DNA of 64,000 nt from IMG/VR virus record IMGVR_UViG_3300025138_000014, positions 1-64,000 of that record. One strand, given 5' to 3'. Both the position numbers and the translations under genes were made by a program. The notes beneath the pieces were generated by a model. The model ran no database searches and was not told where the DNA came from. It saw only the letters and a program-made list of their open reading frames with translations. This document shows positions 18,376 to 29,115 of the stretch, piece by piece. The DNA is from a virus. Each line of letters starts with the position of its first letter. Within the stretch, counting starts at the first letter, position 1.

Positions 18376-19668
18376 ATGAGTAGTAAAGATAAAACATTAA
18401 CGGATAATAACCGAAGAGAAATAAATTTACAGGATTATCATCCAGTAAAAGAAATCTTGCCAAGTTATTTTCAAGATCAGTATCCTAAGTTTATTAAATT
18501 CCTAGAAAATTACTATGACTTTATGGATAGTGATCAGAGTCCTAGTAAACTGATAGATGATTTATTTTTATCCAGAGATATTACAGCTGTTGATTTAGAA
18601 CTCTTAAACTTTATTGAAGATGAACTTTTACTTGGTACTCAATACTTTGAAGGGTTTACTAATAAAAGAGCAGCAGCAAAATATTCAAATACTCTTTATA
18701 GATCAAAAGGTTCTCTTTATAGTATACAACAATTTTTTAGAACATTCTTTTCAATATCTCCTGATGTGGTATATACAAAGAAGAATATATTTGAAATTGG
18801 TGTATCTGAAATTGGACCTGAATCACTAAGATATATTACTGATAATAAACTTTATCAAAAATATGCAATCTTAATTAAAGCTGCTATTCCTATTAATGAG
18901 TGGCTAGATGCTTATAAACTATTTGTACATCCATCTGGTATGTATATCGGTGGTGAAGTTCAAATTTTATCTAATAATACTTCACCTAGTACAAGTATGC
19001 CAATTGCAGTTATTGATGAAACGGCGCAAGGTCTAGTCATTCAAGGCGAAGCAGCTGTCACCTTTATTACTGTCCCAGAAATTGTAGGCAATAGCTTAAA
19101 TGATTCTGGCAATAATATAGTGACTGATCTAAATAATATGATTCTACATTATCAGCACATGTCAATTGCAGAGTTACATAATAATTTTGATGATCTTTCA
19201 TCATTAGTTAAAATGAATTCAATGACTATGGATAATAATAGTAAACCTACAATGGATATGATAGGATATGAACCATTTAACTGGACCAACAGTTCAACCT
19301 CATTCGACTACCCGTCCCTCGAAGGCGATCTTTTAGCCCTCGCCAATGGCCTGTCGAGTCCTAGATTGGTACCCCTATATGATAGTATCATACCCGGTAC
19401 TAACCGAAAATACGGTGATATAAACGGGGATAGTGATATTTCTTCGGTGGATTATCAACTTCTGAGAAGCTATGGTCAACAGTATATAAATAATACATTA
19501 AGAGCACCTACTTATAAACCTACTTTTGTACCAGGTGACGATGAGTACCATATTGAGGAAGTATTACTACCCGCAATCGCTAAAGAACTGGGCATTGATC
19601 CAGAAAGAAAATCTTTTATCAATTTTGCTGATGATAAATTAGTTTTTAACTCCCCGGATTCAGCATAA
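18376..19668 (+). CDS. baseplate wedge protein gp7-like
   Basis: 'LPSYFQDQYPKF.KFL..YY', 'LYRSKGS..S...FFR', 'YQKYA', 'VHPSGM'; follows gp6. Confidence 0.7.
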   Translation: MSSKDKTLTDNNRREINLQDYHPVKEILPSYFQDQYPKFIKFLENYYDFMDSDQSPSKLIDDLFLSRDITAVDLELLNFIEDELLLGTQYFEGFTNKRAAAKYSNTLYRSKGSLYSIQQFFRTFFSISPDVVYTKKNIFEIGVSEIGPESLRYITDNKLYQKYAILIKAAIPINEWLDAYKLFVHPSGMYIGGEVQILSNNTSPSTSMPIAVIDETAQGLVIQGEAAVTFITVPEIVGNSLNDSGNNIVTDLNNMILHYQHMSIAELHNNFDDLSSLVKMNSMTMDNNSKPTMDMIGYEPFNWTNSSTSFDYPSLEGDLLALANGLSSPRLVPLYDSIIPGTNRKYGDINGDSDISSVDYQLLRSYGQQYINNTLRAPTYKPTFVPGDDEYHIEEVLLPAIAKELGIDPERKSFINFADDKLVFNSPDSA

Positions 19669-19674
19669 AAACTA

Positions 19675-19682
19675 TATAAATA
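19675..19682 (+). promoter_or_regulatory. T4 late promoter TATAAATA
   Basis: Exact consensus upstream of 19713. Confidence 0.7.
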
Positions 19683-19712
19683 TAATTAACTCTAACAACT
19701 GGAAACTATACA

Positions 19713-20696
19713 ATGGCTAGACAGAATGTAAATACTGGCACAAGTGCAAACGATGGTACTGGTGATACCCTTCGTAGTGCTGGTAATAAAATAAATTTTA
19801 ATTTTCAGGAGTTGTATTCAGCACTCGGTGGTGACTCATCTGAACTTTCAAGTGGTATTACTTTAACTGACGATGCTGTTGTTTTTGAAGGCAGCTCAGT
19901 AGATAATCACGAAACATTTTTAAAAGCTGGAAATCCAACTGGCGATGTAAATGTAGTTTTACCAAATACAGCAGATACATTAGTTGGAAAAGCAACTACA
20001 GATACTCTTACAAATAAAACTCTTACATCACCAGTTTTAACTACTCCACAAATTAATGATACAAGTTCAAACCACCAATATATTATTGCAGTTAGTGAGT
20101 TGGCAGCAGATAGGACTATTACTCTTCCGCTACTTGTTGCAGATGATCAGGTTACATTTAATGCTCACACACAAACATTAACAAACAAAACTTTAACAAC
20201 TCCAGTTTTAACTAACCCTCGTGTTACAGGTGGTTTTAATGATGCAAACGGTAATGAATTTGTTAAATTTGTACACAACACTTCAGCAGTAAATGAATTA
20301 CAGATTACAAATAACTCAACTGGTAATTCGCCAAACATTGCGGCAACTGGTACAGATGCTAATATATCATTAGAGATTTATGCTAAAGGAACAGGTGCTG
20401 TTTCAATTGCTAATAAACTTGTAAATAAAGCTGAAACTCTAACTTCAAATGGGGCTTGCTCTACAACTTTACCATTAACAATTTTTAATAGTGGATCAGC
20501 TTTAGCTATGACACTTGCAGCCGGTAGTATAATCGGTGAAACAAAATATTTTATTAACAGAAACTCAGGTACAGCGACTGTAACAGCAAATATGGCTGGT
20601 TCAGTTACAACAGTAGCCTTTACCGCAAGCCAAGCTGGATTCATGATATGGTCTGGCGCAGATTGGCACTTGCTCTCCAAGTCAGTCGCAACGTAG
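19713..20696 (+). CDS. baseplate/tail-fibre connector, gp9/gp10-like N-terminus
   Basis: 'MARQ.V.TG..ANDGTGDTLR.AG.KIN.NF.ELY' signature; 'TLTNKTLT' fibre repeats. Confidence 0.75.
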   Translation: MARQNVNTGTSANDGTGDTLRSAGNKINFNFQELYSALGGDSSELSSGITLTDDAVVFEGSSVDNHETFLKAGNPTGDVNVVLPNTADTLVGKATTDTLTNKTLTSPVLTTPQINDTSSNHQYIIAVSELAADRTITLPLLVADDQVTFNAHTQTLTNKTLTTPVLTNPRVTGGFNDANGNEFVKFVHNTSAVNELQITNNSTGNSPNIAATGTDANISLEIYAKGTGAVSIANKLVNKAETLTSNGACSTTLPLTIFNSGSALAMTLAAGSIIGETKYFINRNSGTATVTANMAGSVTTVAFTASQAGFMIWSGADWHLLSKSVAT

Positions 20697-20707
20697 GAAT
20701 TAATTAG

Positions 20708-22084
20708 ATGACAGCTATTATTACAGATTTATTAAGACAACAGATATTGAACTCTGTATTTACCGACATCGATAGTTCGGCAAATAATTATTATATAGGG
20801 CTAGGTAAGTCTGAAGTATGGGACTCAGCAGATACTGCTCCAAGTCCTCAGGCAAGCCTACGTGACGAAAGGCAAGCCAGAAATTCTCTACAATCAGTAA
20901 AACTTGTTACTAATAAAAGCCTTGTCATTCCAAGAAATAACTGGTCTATTGGTACAGTTTATAATGGCTATAATGATGATACACCTGGGCATCCAAATCC
21001 AGGTTACTTTGTTTATACTGATGCAAATAATGTTTATCTTTGTCTACAACAAGGACGCAACGTTGCTGGAGCTGCTGTAACTTCTACTGTTAAACCAGTT
21101 TCAACTGCAGATCAAGCTTTTAAACTTTCTGATGGATATGTATGGAAATATATGTATAATGTTGGTGCTTTATCTTCATCTAAATTTGTTGCTTCAAACT
21201 TCATACCTGTAACAAAGATTGATTCAGCTGATGCTAATAATAATACAACTTCTGAAGTTGATCAAAAGAGAATTCAAGATGCTGCCTCTCCAGGTGAGAT
21301 TGTTGGTTATAATATAATTGCTGGTGGATCAGGATATACAAGTACACCAACAGTTACAGTAACGGGTAATGGAACGGCTGCTAGAGCAACTGCTACTGCT
21401 TCAGGTGGGGCTATTTCTAAAATTGAAATGAAAGATTCAGGGGGCACTCTGGCTACTGGTTCTAATTATACATTTGCAGATGTGATAATTTCAGGCGGCG
21501 GTGGATCTGGAGCAATAGCAAGACCTATATTCGGTCCAGCAGCAGGCTTTGGAGCAGATCCAACAGTTGACTTGAGAGCAAAAGCGCTTATGTTTAATGT
21601 TAAGCCAAGTGGAGATGAGAATACAGACTTTATTATCGGAAACGATTTTAGACAAGTTGTAGTAATGAAGAATCCTAAGAAGAACCAAGCAGCTGATTCT
21701 GACTTTATAGCAGATACAGGAATCGTTCTTAATAGATTAAAATTTGCTTCAGTCGGGGTTGCATTTACTCCAGACAATGTTATTTTAGGAGCAAGTTCGG
21801 GAGCAAAAGCCGTTATTGACAAAAAAGATGCTGATGAAATTTGGTATCACCAAAACGAAGATACAGGATTTGGATTATTTACAGAAGGTGAAGCTGTTTC
21901 TGAAACAGGTGGCGGTAACGGAAGTGGCACACTAGATGCTTCAGGTGTTGATGGTGATTCACTAGCATATATTGCAGGTGAAGTTGATCAACATAGCGGC
22001 CAGATACTCTATATAGATAATAGAGCTGCAGTAACTAGGTCTGCTGAACAGACGGAAGATATTAAAATTGTTATTCAATTATAA
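20708..22084 (+). CDS. gp8: baseplate wedge protein gp8
   Basis: 'YYIGLG', 'IPR.NW..G..Y', 'VYLCL', 'DGYVWKYMY', 'NDFRQ', 'SGQILYIDNR..V.RS..QTEDIKIVIQL'. Confidence 0.88.
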   Translation: MTAIITDLLRQQILNSVFTDIDSSANNYYIGLGKSEVWDSADTAPSPQASLRDERQARNSLQSVKLVTNKSLVIPRNNWSIGTVYNGYNDDTPGHPNPGYFVYTDANNVYLCLQQGRNVAGAAVTSTVKPVSTADQAFKLSDGYVWKYMYNVGALSSSKFVASNFIPVTKIDSADANNNTTSEVDQKRIQDAASPGEIVGYNIIAGGSGYTSTPTVTVTGNGTAARATATASGGAISKIEMKDSGGTLATGSNYTFADVIISGGGGSGAIARPIFGPAAGFGADPTVDLRAKALMFNVKPSGDENTDFIIGNDFRQVVVMKNPKKNQAADSDFIADTGIVLNRLKFASVGVAFTPDNVILGASSGAKAVIDKKDADEIWYHQNEDTGFGLFTEGEAVSETGGGNGSGTLDASGVDGDSLAYIAGEVDQHSGQILYIDNRAAVTRSAEQTEDIKIVIQL

Positions 22085-22099
22085 AGACGGTAGGAATCT

Positions 22100-25000
22100 A
22101 TGACCACATCATTTACTAAAAATATATTTGCATCTACATATAAAGATGACTGGACTGATAGTGCGAATTATCATAAGATTCTTTTTAATAGTGGTAAAGC
22201 ACTCCAAGCACGTGAACTTACTCAACTTCAAACTATTACGCAAGCTGAGATTTCACGACTAGGTAGACACATTTTTAAACAAGGGGCTGCAGTTAATCCA
22301 GGTGGTGTAACTGTTAATAACGCTTATGAATTTATTAAATTGTCAGGGGCTTTACCTTCTGGAACAGTTGGTATAACATTTACAGCTTCGAGTGGAAATA
22401 TACAATTTGAAGTATTAGAAGCACTCGATGCTACTGATACTGATCCAGCTACAATATATGTAAAATATGTAAACACTTCGGCTAGTAATCAAGCAAGCAC
22501 TTCTCCAATTAGAGTAGAAGCCGGTGATACTGCATCAGGCGGAAGTATCTCATTAACTGTTCAAGCTACAAATGATACAACTAACCCAGCTACAGGTGTT
22601 GGTACCAAATGTTATATTCACGCTGGAGACTTCTTCGTAGCTGATAGATTTGTATTTGGTAAAGAACAGTCCGTAATTATATCAAAATACACAAACAATC
22701 CAAGTGCTATTATCGGATTCACAATGGCTCAGTCCATTGTTTCAGCTTCTGATGATTCTACTCTATATGATAATCAAGGTGCAACCCCGAACACATCTTC
22801 ACCTGGCGCAGACAGATATAAAATTTCTCTTACCATGGCTTCATTTGCAACTTCAGATTTAGCTGTTGCTTCAGACGATAGTTTTGTATATGTTGCAAAG
22901 GTTGTAAACGGTAAGATAGAAACACAAGTAACTGCAATTGATTCTTATGATAAAATTGAAGACAGACTAGCACTTAGAACTAGGGAAGAAAGCGGTAACT
23001 ATATTACTCGTAGGTTTAGGATCGGTTTTGATACTAATCCCACAGATGAGTCAAAAGTTGATTTAGATATTAGTCCTGGTGTTGCTTATGTAGATGGTTA
23101 TAGATCAGTTGTAGATGCACCAATTTCTCTTACAGTTAATAAACCAAGAACTACAATATCAAGAAACAATGATGTTATTGCAGCAGACTATGGAAACTAC
23201 TTTATTGTTGCTAATGGTAAAGGCATTCAGCCAACCGCAACAACGCTGGTAAATCTTTATGTCGGCAATGCGGGAAGCGGCACTGTACTTGGTAGTGCCA
23301 GAGTGGGACACATCAGACCAGATGGTATCAACTGGAGACTATATTTATTCGATATTAGAATTGCAGCTGGAAAGAATAAAAGAGATATTCAATCAGTAGG
23401 CACAGGCACAGCAGTATATAATCCACTTGTACTTGAAAATGGTAAAGCTATTCTTAAAGAAGAAAAAAATTCAGCATATCTTTTCCCTTTATCAAACATT
23501 AGACCTAAAGCACTAAGCGACATATCTCTTACTGTTCAGAGACGAGGACAAGTTTCTATATCTGGTGGTACAGGAACATTCAGTTTAACAGCATCTGGAG
23601 AAACATTTGCTAATACTGACGAATGGACTTCATCTCTTGCTAATACTGCAATAGATACTGCCGCAACATATTCAGGTGCGGGTACAACAACTGCTCAAAT
23701 AGCCAATGCTTCAAACGGAACTCAAGACATTGTTTATTATGTCAATATCGGTTCTGGAGCTGTTAGAACAAAAACTTTAACTGAATTTACCGAAGCAGCA
23801 GTCGATTCAGACTCACTTGGTAACCTAGTACTTGATAAACCTGATGTTTATGAAATAGTTGACTTGAAAGAAACAAACTCAGCAGGCGCTTCAATTAAGA
23901 ATGATTTTGAATTTGATGATGGACAAAGAGATTTTGGCTATGTACAAGCAAGAATGATTAAAAAGCCTGGTGTTACAATTCCATCTACAATTTATGCAAA
24001 ATACAAATACTTTGCTCACGGAGCAACAGGTAACTTCTTTGCAGCAAACTCTTATATCGGACAAGTAGATTACGGTAAGGTTCCTAATTATACAACAAGT
24101 AATGGTGTTAAGCATAGTCTTAATAATGTGTTAGACTTTAGATCAAGTGTAATAAACGGTGCCCTAGGTGCGGGTTCAACCCCGTCCTCAGTCGCTAATT
24201 ATAGTATTATTAATGCTTTACCAAAACCTACAGCTTTGATAACTTCTGATATTGAATACTACCTTGGTAGAAAAATTCGAGTTGTAATTAATAGAAATAA
24301 TGAAGTAAGTGCTATTGATGGTGATCCTGCTCTTGATCCAACAATGCCTATGGCTCCAAATAATTCTCTTGATCTTTTTCATATCAATCTAAACCCGTTT
24401 ATGATTAATGACTCTGATGTAGTTTCTAAAACTATCCGATCAAAAGCATATACTATGGCAGATATTGGTAAAATAGAAGAAAGAATTGATAAGTTAGAAG
24501 AAACAACTTCACTCTCACTTCTTGAGGTAGCGACAGAAAACTTTGCAGTTCTCGACTCAGCAGGCAATAATAGAACTAAATCTGGTTTCTTTGTTGATAA
24601 CTTTGTTGATCATACTAGATCATTTACTGACGGAACAGATTATAGAGCCTCACTTGATCCAGAACAGAAAATTATAAGACCATGGTTTTATGAAAATAAT
24701 GTAAGACTTATCTATGATTCAGCTTCATCTACAGGTGTGATTAAAAAGGGTGATACCGTTTATCTTAATCACGAAAATATTAACTATATCAATCAGCCTG
24801 AAGCTACAGAAACAATGAATATTAACCCATTTGCGGTTGTTATCAACGAAGGTTTTGTAGAGTTATCTCCATCATCTGATGAGTGGACCGAAGTTAATAT
24901 GGTTCCAGATCACGAAGTTAAAGGTCCAACAGTACTTGAAAATAGAGATGCTTTGCTTTGGAATAGATGGCGTTGGAATTGGGTCGGACGAGAAGATGAA

Positions 25001-27130
25001 CTTCAAGTAGGTCAAGTTCTTTCTGATACTGGAATGGTAGGTAATGTTCAACAGATTGACAGAGTTGTAGCATCGAGATCAGTTAGAGAATTTACAAATA
25101 ACAGGTTGTTAGATACTGCATTTATTCCGTTTATGAGATCACGTAAAATTAACTTTAGAGCATTTGGTTTAAAACCTAGTACACAAGTTTATGCATTCTT
25201 TAATAATAAACCAATTGCAGACTTTGTTAGATCACAAACATTTAGTAGATTTTCTGATAATATAGAACATTATGGAAATCAATATAGAGATGTAACCGAG
25301 CATCCCGACACTAAAAGCACATTAACTACAGATACTGAAGGTTATGTTGCAGGAAACTTCTTTATACCTAATGGTGGCCCTGGAGGAACTAGATTTAGTA
25401 CAGGTACAAAAGAATTTAAGTTACTTGATATTTCGGTAGCAGATGAATCAAATTCCACATCTATTGCTAAAACACCATTTACTTCAACAGGTATTCTGGA
25501 AACTAGACAAGACACATTTACAACTACACGTGTTCTTACTATCGGTGGTACAACTAATCGCCGCCGAGGTCGTGGCTTTGATCCACTAGCACAGACATTT
25601 AGAGTTGAAGAAGCTGAAGGTATTTATGTTACAAGAATTGGTGTTAAGTTTGCAACAAAATCTACAGATACTCCTGTAGTTTGTCAAATTAGACCTACAG
25701 TAAACGGTATACCTTCATCTGATGATATTGTGCCAAACGGAATTAAAGTATTATCTCCCGGGTCTATTACAACATCTAGTGACGCAACTACAATTACATA
25801 TTTTGAATTTGACGAACCAGTATTACTTAATGGTAACCTTGAGTATTGTTTGGTTCTACTTTCTGACACAATTGATTATACTGTATATGTATCAAAAGCA
25901 GGCGACCTAAAGTTTGGTTCAACTGAGAAAAGAGTTATGAAGCAACCTTCACTTGGTTCACTCTTTAAATCTCAGAACTCAACTACTTGGACTGCAGATC
26001 AAGATAGAGATTTAACTTTTGTACTTGATAGAGCAAATTTCACTAGCTTGAGCGGGACTGTAGTATTACACGCAGGTGCGCCAACAATAGAATTGCTAGA
26101 AGCAGATGCTCTTGGAACAACAAGCGGTTCGGCTACAATGGGCCTATTTTTAGTTGGTCACGGTCTTACTATAAGTGATACTGTTACAATTGCAGGTGCT
26201 ACTGATACAAACGGAATTGCAGCTGCTAATATTAACGGAACTAGAACAGTCACAAAAGTAGATGGTTTTGGATTCCAGTTTGTTGCGGGTTCAAGTGATA
26301 CTGCTTCATCTACTGGATCAGGAGGCGGAAGTGCCGTCACCATTACAAGAAATGCCCAGTTTGATACAGCCATACCTTACTTAGAAACTTTAAGTCCTCC
26401 ACAAACACTTATTAGTAATAAAGCTAAATTTACAACAGGTAAATCAATTGCTGGAACTGAAACAGCTTATGCTAAGGATACAACATACTCAACTGTAACA
26501 ATGAGAGCAAATAATTATTTTAATGCTCCTAGGTTAGTTAGTTCAGTTGAAAATAAATCTAAAGTTACACCATCTTTGAGTGGTAATGAAACAGCACTTA
26601 CACACAAAGTTGAAATATCTACAAATTCAGCTTTAGTTACACCAGTAGTTGATCTACAGCGTGCTTCATATACTCTTGTTAGTAATCTTATTGACCAACA
26701 GGATACAAGTACCCAACAAAATGCTCTATTGCAATATGCTTCTGAAACTAATTCAATCGGTGGTTCAACACTTGCTAAACATATCACACAACCAGTTGCC
26801 CTTGAAAATGACGCAGTTGGAATTAAAGTTTTAATCGCAGCTAATAGACCATCGGTAACAGACTTTGATGTTTATTATAGAACTAATACATCAGATACAA
26901 ATGCTGTCGGTAGTCTATTGAATACAAGTTGGGTATTAGTTAATCCAGAATCACCTATGCCAGCCGATGATAATCCTAATATCTTCAGAGATTATAGATA
27001 CCTTATTGGTGGCGATGGTGGCGATCTACCCGGCTTCAGTCAATTCCAGATTAAAGTTGTATTCAAGAGTTTAAATTCTACTTATGTACCAGTCCTTAAA
27101 GACCTTAGAGTGATTGCGCTAACAACATGA
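22100..27130 (+). CDS. large virion structural protein (VrlC/DUF4815-like)
   Basis: 1676 aa; 'ILFNSG.ALQARELTQLQT', 'PGADRYKI', 'RTREESGNY', 'YTMADIG.IE.RI..LE..TSLSLLE', 'SGFFVDNF', 'FDPLAQTF'. Confidence 0.8.
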   Translation: MTTSFTKNIFASTYKDDWTDSANYHKILFNSGKALQARELTQLQTITQAEISRLGRHIFKQGAAVNPGGVTVNNAYEFIKLSGALPSGTVGITFTASSGNIQFEVLEALDATDTDPATIYVKYVNTSASNQASTSPIRVEAGDTASGGSISLTVQATNDTTNPATGVGTKCYIHAGDFFVADRFVFGKEQSVIISKYTNNPSAIIGFTMAQSIVSASDDSTLYDNQGATPNTSSPGADRYKISLTMASFATSDLAVASDDSFVYVAKVVNGKIETQVTAIDSYDKIEDRLALRTREESGNYITRRFRIGFDTNPTDESKVDLDISPGVAYVDGYRSVVDAPISLTVNKPRTTISRNNDVIAADYGNYFIVANGKGIQPTATTLVNLYVGNAGSGTVLGSARVGHIRPDGINWRLYLFDIRIAAGKNKRDIQSVGTGTAVYNPLVLENGKAILKEEKNSAYLFPLSNIRPKALSDISLTVQRRGQVSISGGTGTFSLTASGETFANTDEWTSSLANTAIDTAATYSGAGTTTAQIANASNGTQDIVYYVNIGSGAVRTKTLTEFTEAAVDSDSLGNLVLDKPDVYEIVDLKETNSAGASIKNDFEFDDGQRDFGYVQARMIKKPGVTIPSTIYAKYKYFAHGATGNFFAANSYIGQVDYGKVPNYTTSNGVKHSLNNVLDFRSSVINGALGAGSTPSSVANYSIINALPKPTALITSDIEYYLGRKIRVVINRNNEVSAIDGDPALDPTMPMAPNNSLDLFHINLNPFMINDSDVVSKTIRSKAYTMADIGKIEERIDKLEETTSLSLLEVATENFAVLDSAGNNRTKSGFFVDNFVDHTRSFTDGTDYRASLDPEQKIIRPWFYENNVRLIYDSASSTGVIKKGDTVYLNHENINYINQPEATETMNINPFAVVINEGFVELSPSSDEWTEVNMVPDHEVKGPTVLENRDALLWNRWRWNWVGREDELQVGQVLSDTGMVGNVQQIDRVVASRSVREFTNNRLLDTAFIPFMRSRKINFRAFGLKPSTQVYAFFNNKPIADFVRSQTFSRFSDNIEHYGNQYRDVTEHPDTKSTLTTDTEGYVAGNFFIPNGGPGGTRFSTGTKEFKLLDISVADESNSTSIAKTPFTSTGILETRQDTFTTTRVLTIGGTTNRRRGRGFDPLAQTFRVEEAEGIYVTRIGVKFATKSTDTPVVCQIRPTVNGIPSSDDIVPNGIKVLSPGSITTSSDATTITYFEFDEPVLLNGNLEYCLVLLSDTIDYTVYVSKAGDLKFGSTEKRVMKQPSLGSLFKSQNSTTWTADQDRDLTFVLDRANFTSLSGTVVLHAGAPTIELLEADALGTTSGSATMGLFLVGHGLTISDTVTIAGATDTNGIAAANINGTRTVTKVDGFGFQFVAGSSDTASSTGSGGGSAVTITRNAQFDTAIPYLETLSPPQTLISNKAKFTTGKSIAGTETAYAKDTTYSTVTMRANNYFNAPRLVSSVENKSKVTPSLSGNETALTHKVEISTNSALVTPVVDLQRASYTLVSNLIDQQDTSTQQNALLQYASETNSIGGSTLAKHITQPVALENDAVGIKVLIAANRPSVTDFDVYYRTNTSDTNAVGSLLNTSWVLVNPESPMPADDNPNIFRDYRYLIGGDGGDLPGFSQFQIKVVFKSLNSTYVPVLKDLRVIALTT

Positions 27131-27354
27131 CACAGCGATTAAAAGTTGAAGGACACAGTGATTATGTTAGAGACCCTAATAGTCATGCAATCTTGAATAT
27201 AAATACTTCTGCTATAGAAAAAGCACGTATAGTAAAAGAGCGTCGGCAACAAACCAAAGATGAGTATCATCTTTTAAAAACTGATGTGTCTGAATTGAAA
27301 GATACAATGAAAGATATACAAATGATGCTGAAACAATTAACAAGAGATTCATAA
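27127..27354 (+). CDS. small hypothetical protein (75 aa, coiled-coil C-terminus)
   Basis: 'KVEGH...VRD..S.AILN' type small gene following the VrlC-like gene; coupled ATGA overlap. Confidence 0.75.
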   Translation: MTQRLKVEGHSDYVRDPNSHAILNINTSAIEKARIVKERRQQTKDEYHLLKTDVSELKDTMKDIQMMLKQLTRDS

Positions 27355-29097
27355 ATGGCCAAAACTGTAGTAAACTTAACTGACTCAATACTGTCTTTTA
27401 AAGATAAAGTAAATGCTGTATCGGATGATATAGGTGATATTTCTAACCTTAGTACAACAGGTGCTGATAGTGATTTAGTTCAGTCTATAAACACAAATGC
27501 AACTAATATTGCAACTAATCTTGCAAGCATTAATGGTAATAATACTGATATTACTGCTATTCAAAATAGAGCAAACGCAGATTCGGATAAATTATCAGTC
27601 CTTGATTCAGATGTAGGTCTAAGAGCATCTTTAACAGCATCTATCGGTCCAAATTATTCTATTGTTGGAGCAATTAACTCTTTAAAGACATCTGTTACAG
27701 CTGTTGAAATTATTGCCGCTACTCTTGATTCCGATAAAGCAAGAAGTATTTTTACTGCTGTAAATAGCGGAACAGGTTATGGTGGTTTAACATATGATAG
27801 TGATAACGGCGAATTTACTTTTGGAAAAGTTACAGATGCTAATATTAGAGGTAGAGTAAGTGTTACAGACGCTGGCGGTGATGGTTCTTTAGCTTACAAC
27901 ACCAGCACAGGTGTTATTACATACACAGGACCGAGTGCAACTGAAGTACGAGCACACATTACAGCAGGCGAAGGTATTGATATATTAAATGGTTCTATTA
28001 GTGGCGAAGATGCTACTAAGGATAATAAAGGTATTGCATCCTATGATTCAGATCAATTTCTAATTGTAAGCGGAAAAGTTTTTATTAAAGGAGATGCTGT
28101 TGGATCTGCCCAGATTGCAGCAGGTTCAATTGGAACTACCCAACTAGCAGATGATGCTGTTAACGGTGATAAGATTGCAGACAATGCAATCAACTCCGAG
28201 CACTATGTAGACGGATCTATTGATAATGAACACATTGCCGATGATGCTATTAATTCTGAGCACTATGCAGATGGATCTATTGACACGGCTCATATAGCAG
28301 CGTCTCAAGTTACAAATGCTAAATTAGCCAATATGGCTGCTAATACAGTAAAGGTTAGAAATGCCAACTCAGCAGGTGCTCCCTCAGATATTGCACTGGC
28401 TACTACAAAAATTCTAATTGGTAACGGTGCTGGCTTTACTGCAGCTTCGTTATCTGGTGATGCTACCATGACAAATACCGGAGCTGTAACAGTTACAGGC
28501 GGCGATGTTGATTTTGCAACTCTTTCAACTAATGCTAATAACATCAACGTTGATGAGGCAAACGGAAATACAAACTATCAAGTATTGTTTAGTGATAATA
28601 ATGCAGCAGGATATCAACGGCCATACATTGATACAGATAATTCTCACTTCATGTATAATCCTTCAACACATACACTTACTGCGGGTACTTTCTCGGGTAA
28701 TGCCACAACTGCAAACTTTGCCGACCTTGCGGAGAAATACACTACAAGTGAAGTGCATAAAACTGGAACAGTAATGATGGTATCATCAAATGAAACTGAA
28801 GAAACAGTAGCATGTACTGCAAATGGAATTCCTATGGGTGTGGTTTCAGCTGATCCTGCATATTTAATGAACGCAGATATAGATGGACAAGCACTTGCTC
28901 TTAAAGGACGTGTTCCAGTTAGAATAGTTGGAGCTGTTAATAAAGGTGATCCCGTATATGCCCACCATAATGGATGCGCAGGCAAAGAGTTTAATGGCTT
29001 TGCACCAGATGGTTCTCATGCTGAAATAATAGGCATTGCTTTAGAATCATCCAATGTAACAGAAGAAAAATTGATAGAATGTGTACTTAAATTCTAA
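27355..29097 (+). CDS. tail fibre protein with C-terminal intramolecular chaperone/autocleavage-like domain
   Basis: 580 aa G/A/T/S/N-rich, internal repeat IAD(N/D)AINSEHY.DGSID; C-terminal 'ADLAEKY...G.V...PAYLMN...LKGRVPV.....KGD...IGIALE'. Confidence 0.75.
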   Translation: MAKTVVNLTDSILSFKDKVNAVSDDIGDISNLSTTGADSDLVQSINTNATNIATNLASINGNNTDITAIQNRANADSDKLSVLDSDVGLRASLTASIGPNYSIVGAINSLKTSVTAVEIIAATLDSDKARSIFTAVNSGTGYGGLTYDSDNGEFTFGKVTDANIRGRVSVTDAGGDGSLAYNTSTGVITYTGPSATEVRAHITAGEGIDILNGSISGEDATKDNKGIASYDSDQFLIVSGKVFIKGDAVGSAQIAAGSIGTTQLADDAVNGDKIADNAINSEHYVDGSIDNEHIADDAINSEHYADGSIDTAHIAASQVTNAKLANMAANTVKVRNANSAGAPSDIALATTKILIGNGAGFTAASLSGDATMTNTGAVTVTGGDVDFATLSTNANNINVDEANGNTNYQVLFSDNNAAGYQRPYIDTDNSHFMYNPSTHTLTAGTFSGNATTANFADLAEKYTTSEVHKTGTVMMVSSNETEETVACTANGIPMGVVSADPAYLMNADIDGQALALKGRVPVRIVGAVNKGDPVYAHHNGCAGKEFNGFAPDGSHAEIIGIALESSNVTEEKLIECVLKF

Positions 29098-29115
29098 TTT
29101 TTCACAGGATATACT

